Origin: a virus
Lineage: Duplodnaviria > Caudoviricetes
Reading direction: 5' to 3' (one strand)
Virus record (IMG/VR): IMGVR_UViG_3300048856_000134
Coordinates: 1-41,091 of that record
DNA: 41,091 nucleotides
The notes under the pieces are model-generated. The model saw nothing but the letters and a program-made list of their open reading frames with translations. It searched no databases and was not told where the DNA came from. This document shows positions 34,701 through 41,091 of this stretch, piece after piece; position 1 is the first letter of the stretch, and each line of letters opens with the position of its first letter. The translations under genes were made by a program, and so were the position numbers.

Positions 34701-36027
34701 GGCGCTGCTCAACACCGCGACGGGAGATGTGCTGGCAGGCGGCCTGAGCGGCGACAGGTACAGCCAGGAGAACCGCGACGCAGCGGCTTCGATGGCCGAC
34801 ACGGTCAGGCAGTTCGCTAACCAGATGAGCAGTTCCTACGGGATCACGCCCTACGGCCAGTATATCGTGGGCACCGGCGATCGCGACGGGCTGTTCTGGC
34901 AGACCAGCGAGCGGCACGACTATGGCTCGGACGAAGCCTCAGCCCAGCAGATGATGAAGGACATCTCCAGGGATCTGCTGGAGCAGAACGCCTGGCAGCT
35001 CCAGGGCAATCTGCGCACGACCTACAACACGGTTGGCACGGGCGACATCGACAGGCTGCTCCAGGCGCTCGACTGGACGAACACGACCTACAAGGCCTTC
35101 CAGGACAACCTCGACCCCGAGAAGCCGACGCAGTTCGCGCAGTCGCTGCAGCAGGTCTCGGACGCCTATGGCCCGCTGATCGACAAGGCTAAGGAGTATG
35201 GGCTAGCGATCGAACCGATCGCCGACGTGATGCAGGAGCAGATCGACAAGCTCACGGAAGCCCGCAACCTGCAGTATAACCAGATGATCGCGGGTTACAG
35301 CCTCACAGCGGCGCAGCTTCGCGGCAATGCCGACGCCACGCTGGGCCTGCAGCTCCAGCAGTTCGACCTGCAGCGCACGGCCGACTACACGGCGCTGGTT
35401 GATCAGATCAAGGACATGGGCCTCGGCCAGGAGCAGCTTGCCGCCGCCGTCCGGTCCTTCGACGAGGTGAAGGATCTCCAGCGGCAGGCCGTCATCGACC
35501 AGTCCAATGCAGCCAAGGCGCAGCAGGAGGCAGCGGCGGCGCAGGAAGCTGCGGCAGCGGCCCAGGAGCGGATCTCGGCTGCCCAAAGCGTCACCAGCAC
35601 CCTTTCTGGGATCACGGATTATATCCGCAATCTCCGGGTTGGCTCAGACAGCAGCCTGACGGCATCGGCCCGATATTCCGAGGCGGAGCGGCAGTTCCAG
35701 GCAGTGGCGGGCGCTGCCGCGGCAGGCGATTTCGACAGCCTCCAGCAGTTCACGAGCTATGCGGATGCGTATCGCCAGGCGGCTGGTGCCTACGGCGCCG
35801 GGCCCGGGCGCGCGTCGGCCGATGCACGGATCCTGGAGCTCGCCGACCGCATCAGCAACGTGAGCGCGGACGCCCTGACCAACTCGGCCATGGCTGAGAT
35901 TGCCCGGCAGCAGACGGATAGCATCGTGACGGCGATCGACCGCATGACCGCCGAGCAGGCGGCGCTCCGTGCCGAGAACCAGTCCCTGCGCCTGGCCCTG
36001 GAAGGCTTCATGCGGCGGGCGGCATGA
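31777..36027 (+). CDS. Tail tape measure protein
   Basis: 1416 aa Ala-rich helical; lambda-type QLNDLFVTMASG...LIQQGPQI motif; Gly-rich hydrophobic segment. Confidence 0.93.
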   Translation: MASLASVTEAEFRGAFRDQMSAGATAAAQAMERLGAKTEAAGAQIEATEQRVARSGPTWTGLSRKYDEAALLAAKVEQANKRLAAEIESTRQAVARGEATQEQANQTIQRASVARDRAVADAERSAQRLRQSYAGASDDQAKLGTSARVTAQQMQQLTPQLNDLFVTMASGGGAMQGLIQQGPQITQIFGGVRNTFAAVAASIGPLRLGLVGATAAFGGLVAIAETAARRLDDVADKLRATRTDYAAMSRQVIAAGQVGQGSSLGQSERTAVAQTVASSPQFQGTTQDLVTLTRVAEDLAAVMGGEATEQAKLLARAMREPGAVARELYEKEFPGFTAQMAKSLEGMEKNSRTAQAFAQVLEMLRRQTASAADPVTPLESAWRSLREELTKAWDVMRAPFDGADSPAMKALAWTIDRLADLLRIIRELDEFSLKNPLAGWLGFAQGGQSVDGAGNGQLSAGAVANTSPRKKSGSNSDPVRDAFRDLERQIALARQAEGASRDLAQAEEQLEKAAQSAGRAHATVAEKTRARELAQRRLDEQFTTSLVLLNAQINGEARIASAYGQSSEAGRQMEIQVRAETEALKWAEEGTDKYGRAVEVLTTRYRALAEEEARRKANQAILSQTDQLALIERETQLIGASADVRERELAVMKARQDAANDNTPADQARELERLAAQLVDARQRGTQLRNSWDELTRVGEQAFDRIGNAITEAFANGSLKAVDFGNIAKAVFSEVIQAGLRMAIINPTLNAVFGGDRGTLNGVLTVAGQASGATSVKLPVTDSSGGLLGYAQTGMQGYSLYNNASSLNPSTYMSGSYNWATNSYVSGFDSLAGTNVGGFLNEPLYPTIGGAAALDAGVASNLASSGFNYVGGAPMGAVGTETVAGASGMGTVGSAAAGGLAAVGGAYSAYQGFNRGGVGGNIQGIGGTAMAGMGTYAALAGSMAAVPVYGWIAAAALMLIGSLLPGQKPSDRTGTALLNTATGDVLAGGLSGDRYSQENRDAAASMADTVRQFANQMSSSYGITPYGQYIVGTGDRDGLFWQTSERHDYGSDEASAQQMMKDISRDLLEQNAWQLQGNLRTTYNTVGTGDIDRLLQALDWTNTTYKAFQDNLDPEKPTQFAQSLQQVSDAYGPLIDKAKEYGLAIEPIADVMQEQIDKLTEARNLQYNQMIAGYSLTAAQLRGNADATLGLQLQQFDLQRTADYTALVDQIKDMGLGQEQLAAAVRSFDEVKDLQRQAVIDQSNAAKAQQEAAAAQEAAAAAQERISAAQSVTSTLSGITDYIRNLRVGSDSSLTASARYSEAERQFQAVAGAAAAGDFDSLQQFTSYADAYRQAAGAYGAGPGRASADARILELADRISNVSADALTNSAMAEIARQQTDSIVTAIDRMTAEQAALRAENQSLRLALEGFMRRAA

Positions 36028-37703
36028 CGGGCTTCCTGATCTCCGGGACGGATGCTCCCGGCTCGGCGCCGCCGGGCCCTGACCGCTTCGCCGCCCGCTT
36101 CCTGCTGTCCGACCTTGGCGATGACCCGGCCGAATTCCTGATCGAACTCGGCTCGGCACCGTCGATGGTCGTGGTGGAGCTGGCCTCGCTTGGCCAGCCC
36201 GGTGGCCACGCGGTGGGCGGCCAGCCGGACGCGCCCGGCGCCGGCGTTCCTGCCGCCACGGTGCTCCGCTACAGCCTCCGGGGCTGGACTGGGGAGCCGG
36301 GCGACGCCACGCGGCCGAACACGCCCTACCAGCCCCGGCTGCTGGAGCCGCCCTCGCTGGTGCGTGCCATCGGCGTCCTGCCCGAGGATGGATCTCGGAG
36401 TAGCTTCAGCGCGGGCGAGTTGGCGCTGCGGAACGATGACCGTGCCCTCGATGTGGTCGCCGGCGAGTGGTCCTTGGAGGGCCGGCCGGCGGTGATCCGC
36501 CGCGGGCCACATCGGACGCCGCTGCGTGCCGGCTATGACGAGTTCGGGCGGGTTGCCGAGCTACGCATCGTCTCGGCCGTGCGCTCAGCTGTTGACCGCA
36601 TCACCGTCGCGCTGCGCGAGGCGAGCACGGACCTGGACGTGCCGCTGACAACTCCCTTTGCCGGGACGGGCGACCTGGAGGGGGATGCCGGGTTGGCTGG
36701 CCAGGCGCGGCCCTGGCTGGGAGGGGCGGTGTCCAACATCCCGGCCACGGCCTTGCTGGCGGGGGAGGGGATCTATCTCGTGGCCGCCGTACCCCTGAGC
36801 GCCGTCACCGGGGTGCGGGACCAGGGCGCGCCCTACACGGTCGCCGGCGACTATCCGAGCCTCGCCGCCCTCCGCGCGGCGGCCCTCGCGGTCACGCAGT
36901 GCGCCACCTGCCTTGCCCTCGGCCTCGTGCGGCTCGGCAGCGCGCCAATCGGTCAGGTGACCTGCGACGCCAGGGCGGCGGGCGGGCAGAGCCATGGAGA
37001 GATTGCCCTGGCACTCCTGCGGGGCCCGGGCGGGCTTGGAGATGAGCGGATCGATCCCTCGGGCTGGCTGGGCGCTCTGCCGCCCGGCCCGGCGGGGTTC
37101 CATCGCTTCGGCGGGACGGTGACCCAGGCCATCGATGAAATCGTGACGGCCTGCGCCGGCTGGTGGGGTGGAGACCGGCTCGGCCGCTATGCTGCCGGGC
37201 GCATCCCGCGTCCGGAGGCTGCGGTGCCCGCCGTTGCGCTGCGGTCCTGGATGCTGGATGGCGACCCCGTCGAGGTGCCCTGGACGGCCCAGAGGTGGCG
37301 CCAGCGGGTCGGCTATGGACGGCTCGGGGTGGTGCAGTCAGCCACCGACCTGGCCGGCCTGGCGGCGGACGATCCGGAGCAGGCCGCCCACTACGGCACG
37401 GCCTATCAGGTCGCGACCGCCTTCGATCCGGTGGTCTTCAGCAACGCGCGCGGGGCGACCGACCCGGAGCCGCTCATCTCCGGCTTCACGGAGGCATCTG
37501 ATGCACAGGTGCTCGCGGATTACCTGCTGACGCTCCACGCGCCGCGGCGACGCCGCTGGCGGCTGCCGCTGGGGCGCTACGGGCATCTGCTGGACCTGGG
37601 GGACGTGGTCACCGTCGAGCACCGCTGGCTCGCCGGCCGGCGCTGGGTGGCGGTCAGCCGGGACGATCAGGGGGATGCCGGAACCGTGGAGGTGTGGGGC
37701 TGA
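36024..37703 (+). CDS. Minor tail / tail tip protein
   Basis: After TMP; F.GTG.LEG...L.GQ.RPW..G.V.NI. Confidence 0.7.
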   Translation: MTGFLISGTDAPGSAPPGPDRFAARFLLSDLGDDPAEFLIELGSAPSMVVVELASLGQPGGHAVGGQPDAPGAGVPAATVLRYSLRGWTGEPGDATRPNTPYQPRLLEPPSLVRAIGVLPEDGSRSSFSAGELALRNDDRALDVVAGEWSLEGRPAVIRRGPHRTPLRAGYDEFGRVAELRIVSAVRSAVDRITVALREASTDLDVPLTTPFAGTGDLEGDAGLAGQARPWLGGAVSNIPATALLAGEGIYLVAAVPLSAVTGVRDQGAPYTVAGDYPSLAALRAAALAVTQCATCLALGLVRLGSAPIGQVTCDARAAGGQSHGEIALALLRGPGGLGDERIDPSGWLGALPPGPAGFHRFGGTVTQAIDEIVTACAGWWGGDRLGRYAAGRIPRPEAAVPAVALRSWMLDGDPVEVPWTAQRWRQRVGYGRLGVVQSATDLAGLAADDPEQAAHYGTAYQVATAFDPVVFSNARGATDPEPLISGFTEASDAQVLADYLLTLHAPRRRRWRLPLGRYGHLLDLGDVVTVEHRWLAGRRWVAVSRDDQGDAGTVEVWG

Positions 37704-38443
37704 TGCCGACGCTGATCTCGCCCCGGAGCTGGGGTGACGAGGCGGGGGCCACGATCACGACGGACAGTGAGGTGGAGGGGCTGGGTGTCCGGTCTCTGCT
37801 GACCACCATGCTGGCCGAGATCTGGCGTCTGGGACCGGGGCCGGACCACACCCTGGACCTGACCCTGGCCGGCCCACGCGCGGTGCGCTGCGTCGTGCTC
37901 TATGCGCCGCGCGACGGTGTCCTGCCTGATGGAGCCACCATCACGGCCAGCCTAAGCGACACGGCCTTGGGTGGGACAGATTCCGGCACCATCGCTGCGC
38001 CGCTGGCTATGCCGCGCGGCTACTGGTGCTGGGTGCTGCCTGAGACGGTCGCGGCCCGCTACCTGCGGCTGGTCATCAGTTCCGGGGCGGAGCCCTACCT
38101 GCAGTTCGGCCGCCTGTGGGCCGGCGATGCGCTGGTCAGCAACGGCTTCTGGTCGGAGGGCGAGTTCGACCCGGGTGTCGTGGACACCGTCTCAGAACCC
38201 ACGCGGCGCCGGTTCCAGCTCGCCCTCTCATCGCTGCTGCTGCCCCAGGCCGACGCCCTGGAGGGGATCGGTCTGAATGCAGGCACGCAGAAGCAGCTGC
38301 TCGTAATCCCTCGGATCGACCGGGCCGATCGCTCGGCCGTCTTTGGCAAGCTGACCAACATTCCAGCACCCCAGCCTCGGCGGGCCTGGAGCGAGGACGG
38401 CCAGCTCTACAGCGCTACCATCGCCATCCAGGAGGACCGCTGA
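37703..38443 (+). CDS. Minor tail protein
   Basis: ARYLRL.I.......FGRLWAG; TGATG coupling. Confidence 0.65.
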   Translation: MPTLISPRSWGDEAGATITTDSEVEGLGVRSLLTTMLAEIWRLGPGPDHTLDLTLAGPRAVRCVVLYAPRDGVLPDGATITASLSDTALGGTDSGTIAAPLAMPRGYWCWVLPETVAARYLRLVISSGAEPYLQFGRLWAGDALVSNGFWSEGEFDPGVVDTVSEPTRRRFQLALSSLLLPQADALEGIGLNAGTQKQLLVIPRIDRADRSAVFGKLTNIPAPQPRRAWSEDGQLYSATIAIQEDR

Positions 38444-39190
38444 ATGGCGGATCTGGTCTACCTGCTCGACAACGCCCGCTTTCTGTCCGCGACGGAGGGC
38501 ACGGGTGCCTATGTTCAGGGCGCGACCCCAACGGGCTATCTCGATCCGGCATCGGCCGGGGCAATTTCAGGTCGGACCTACACCTGGCGCGCAGAAAGTG
38601 AGGACAGCGCGACCTGGGAGCTATTCTACGGCAAGTGGACCGCAGGCGGTCCCCCGAACGTTAGCCGCGACACGATCATTCTGAACAGTTCAGGTGGCAC
38701 CAGCGCCATCAACTGGCCGACAGGCGTGCGGCGCGTCACATGCGTGGCTGTTGCCGAGGAGATCGCGCTGCGTGGCTACGCTGACGGCGCACCCTACAGG
38801 CAGCAGCCGCTCGTACCAGTATCCTGGGACGGCAACATTGCTGTCGTGGCGCTCGGCAACTTCGTGTCCGTTGGCATTCCGGCGGGCACTCGCTCGCTAC
38901 TCGTCACGGGCCGGGCGCGCTGCATGGGAAGTGGAGGAAGCGCCGTCCGCGACATTGCCATGTCGGCCGGTCTGCGGAACAGCACTGACACAGCCGACGC
39001 GTCCACCTTCGACATTGCCTATGCCGCGATGGTGCCAGGCCAGTATGTCAACGCGGTCGTGCACGGATTGCTGGATCTTGGCGCACCGCTGGCCGAGAGC
39101 CGGGTGCTGACATTCCGGGCGCAGAGCAGCACGGGCGAGGCCGTACAGCTCTACAGCCTGAGGGCGACCGTCGAATGCATCAAGGGGTGA
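38444..39190 (+). CDS. Tail fibre-associated protein
   Basis: WE...G.W......SR.TI..NS.G N-terminal anchor-like segment; beta-rich C-terminus. Confidence 0.6.
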   Translation: MADLVYLLDNARFLSATEGTGAYVQGATPTGYLDPASAGAISGRTYTWRAESEDSATWELFYGKWTAGGPPNVSRDTIILNSSGGTSAINWPTGVRRVTCVAVAEEIALRGYADGAPYRQQPLVPVSWDGNIAVVALGNFVSVGIPAGTRSLLVTGRARCMGSGGSAVRDIAMSAGLRNSTDTADASTFDIAYAAMVPGQYVNAVVHGLLDLGAPLAESRVLTFRAQSSTGEAVQLYSLRATVECIKG

Positions 39191-39195
39191 CCGGC

Positions 39196-39567
39196 ATGCG
39201 TGCGCAATTCGCGAACCCGGATGGCACCGACATCTGGCTCATCCCCGAGGACGGGCCGTGGCAGGCGCTCAAGCCGGGTGATGCGCTCCTGGATGGCCTG
39301 GAGATCGAGCCGTTTCCTGCGGCCCCTCGCACCTGCACCCCACGCGAGTTCCGGGCCCGCTTTACACCGGAAGAGAAGGGTGCGCTGACCCTCGCTGCCT
39401 CCAAGGGGCTGGAGAACGACGATCCGGCGCTACAGGTCTTTCTGGACGAACTGTCTGCCTCCCAGGTGGTGGAGCTGGACCACCCCGAACTAGCCGCCGG
39501 CATGGATCTGCTGGTGAGCCGCCAGTTGCTCACGCGCGAGCGGGCCGACGCGATCCTCGCCGCCTAG
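39196..39567 (+). CDS. Putative tail fibre chaperone
   Basis: T.REF..RFT.EE...L; V.LDHP....GMD.LV...LLT.ERA..ILA. Confidence 0.55.
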   Translation: MRAQFANPDGTDIWLIPEDGPWQALKPGDALLDGLEIEPFPAAPRTCTPREFRARFTPEEKGALTLAASKGLENDDPALQVFLDELSASQVVELDHPELAAGMDLLVSRQLLTRERADAILAA

Positions 39568-39600
39568 CGGCACCACCACCCACAATCCGGAGTGCATGGC

Positions 39601-41091
39601 ATGGCGGGAGCCCTCCCGGTGCATGTGACGCTGCGCGCGTACTTCGGCGCGGCCTATACGGGGCTGCCCTTCAGCACCACCACCGGCACGACCCTGTCGC
39701 TGATGATCGAGGCCCGGAATGCCGTCACGGGACAGCTCATCGACGTGGAAGGGCTGCGCGTACGGCAGGAACGTCCGGACCGAGCCGATATCACCCTCGA
39801 TGCCGACGATCTCGCCCATCTGGAGACAGGCCGGTACAGCGCCGAGATCTACATCGACGCACCAGGTGACTGGACGCTGTCGGTGGACTGCGACGAGCCC
39901 CGGCCGGCCGAGACGAAGGCATGGCTGCGCGCGAGCGGCCCGCCTGTAGCCGCCTCGGCAGTGGGCAGCGGGAGCACGGCTCTGGCACTTCCTGGCAACC
40001 GCTCCTTCGACCTGCGGCTGATCAAGGATGTGCAGGAGGCCGCCCCGCTCACCGGCGCTGAAGGTCTGCTGATCGCCCAGGATGACGAGGCCGAAGTTCC
40101 ACAGCCGCGGCTCCTGACGGTGGGCCTCATCCGCCAGGACGCCCTCGGCACCATCGCCCCCCAGGTCCAGCAGGTCACCACCACCGCCGCCGCCGTGCAG
40201 GAGGCGCGGGTGGAGGTGGAGGGGAACAAGACGGCCGCTCAGCAGGCGGCAGAAGCAGCGCAAGCCGCGGCTGCCCCCCTCACGGATGCTGTGCAGGTGG
40301 TGCAGAGCTTTGAGCCACGCGTGCAGGCTCTCGACGCGCAGCTCGGCCCGTCTAATGCCGAGTTCTCACTGAGCGGTACCAAGGCGGTGGCGGGCGTCAG
40401 CGGCCCGGACGGGAAGGGAGTGCCTTTCCTGCTGGCCGATGGCCGCCTGGTGCAGCGTGGAGCCACGGGACTTGAGCGGGTTCTGACCGGGGCAGAAACG
40501 GACGCCAAGGTGACCGCCGGGATCGCGCCCACCGCAAACGCCCTTGCTTCCGAGGTGTCGACCCGATCCGGCGTGATTGGCTCAACGACTGACGCCTTCT
40601 CGCTGGGTGGCGTCCCGGCCGTCGCGGGGGTGCAGGGCGCCGACCGGCGCGGCGTGCCCTTTCTGCTGGCGGACGGTCGGCTGGTGCAGCGCGGGCCGAA
40701 CGGCCTGGAGACTGTGCTCACCCGGGCCGAGGTGAACGCCCTACTCGCGTCATTCCAGCCCGCGACCGTGACGCCGGCCTATAGCTACGACGCGACGACC
40801 CACTTCTCGACACCGACTTATGCGAGCCTCTGCTACATCGCTGCGGCCTATGGGCAGTCCAACTCCATGGGCCGCAACGACAGCACCGACACGCTGATCT
40901 CCACCACGCCCCGCTATCCCGAGCACGCCCTGATGATGGGCACCACGGCGCAGGCGCTTGGGGTGGCGCAGACCACCCTGAACCCGCTGGTCGAGACCGT
41001 GTCCAACGGAGGGCGTGAGACGGCGCTCTCCGGCTGGGTGAACCACGCGATCTCCGCGATCGACGCCGTGGGCGGCACACGCCCGCACTTC
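39601..41091 (+). CDS. Tail fibre/spike with SGNH-type esterase domain (partial; absent from ORF track because it has no stop)
   Basis: Frame open from ATG 39601 to the window end; coiled-coil, duplicated module, then YIAAAYGQSNSMG. Confidence 0.75.
   Translation, partial: MAGALPVHVTLRAYFGAAYTGLPFSTTTGTTLSLMIEARNAVTGQLIDVEGLRVRQERPDRADITLDADDLAHLETGRYSAEIYIDAPGDWTLSVDCDEPRPAETKAWLRASGPPVAASAVGSGSTALALPGNRSFDLRLIKDVQEAAPLTGAEGLLIAQDDEAEVPQPRLLTVGLIRQDALGTIAPQVQQVTTTAAAVQEARVEVEGNKTAAQQAAEAAQAAAAPLTDAVQVVQSFEPRVQALDAQLGPSNAEFSLSGTKAVAGVSGPDGKGVPFLLADGRLVQRGATGLERVLTGAETDAKVTAGIAPTANALASEVSTRSGVIGSTTDAFSLGGVPAVAGVQGADRRGVPFLLADGRLVQRGPNGLETVLTRAEVNALLASFQPATVTPAYSYDATTHFSTPTYASLCYIAAAYGQSNSMGRNDSTDTLISTTPRYPEHALMMGTTAQALGVAQTTLNPLVETVSNGGRETALSGWVNHAISAIDAVGGTRPHF
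40363..40731 (+). repeat. Intragenic duplication of about 45 aa, period 234 nt
   Basis: FSLSGTKAVAGVSGPDGKGVPFLLADGRLVQRGATGLERVLTGAE vs FSLGGVPAVAGVQGADRRGVPFLLADGRLVQRGPNGLETVLTRAE. Confidence 0.85.

Larger units (their letters stand above)
1..41091. mobile_element. Temperate prophage (HK97-fold head, long non-contractile tail), truncated at right edge
   Basis: Ordered integrase-recombination-immunity-replication-packaging-head-tail modules with many overlapping ATGA/TGATG junctions; no sheath gene seen. Confidence 0.97.

Noticed and set aside
40363-40731. Diversity-generating retroelement TR/VR pair in the tail fibre
   Set aside because: Both copies are in-frame coding, differences are not confined to adenines, and no RT is present in the window

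Overview
The window is most of a GC-rich, apparently intact temperate siphovirus-type prophage with lambdoid organisation. The host is probably an alphaproteobacterium, inferred from a GTTC-N7-GTTC LexA box, an alphaproteobacterial-type MerR and a DUF6456-like gene. Left arm, minus strand (1-6.8 kb): GIY-YIG nuclease, tyrosine integrase, excisionase-like gene, RecT plus YqaJ recombination pair, a Mom-like GNAT and small hypotheticals. Immunity region (6.8-9.1 kb): 17-bp operators at PL and PR, a short CI with no peptidase domain, and Cro. Between PL and cI lie two paralogous structured RNA-like elements, a 44-aa membrane peptide and a 52-aa gene behind a LexA box; these two short genes are below the ORF-track cutoff. 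Right arm: MerR, VRR-NUC, Prim-Pol, P4-type primase/helicase with a candidate origin, a DUF6456-like late regulator and a reverse-strand moron cluster. Then HNH/cos/terminase, an HK97-type protease-capsid fusion placed before the portal, neck and tail genes with a -1 frameshift chaperone, a P22 immI-like lipoprotein-mnt-arc-ant cassette, tape measure, tail tip genes and a tail fibre with an SGNH-type GQSN motif that runs off the right edge. No lysis cassette, att site, tRNA or CRISPR is evident. All calls come from reading motifs and synteny by eye; no database searches were run.
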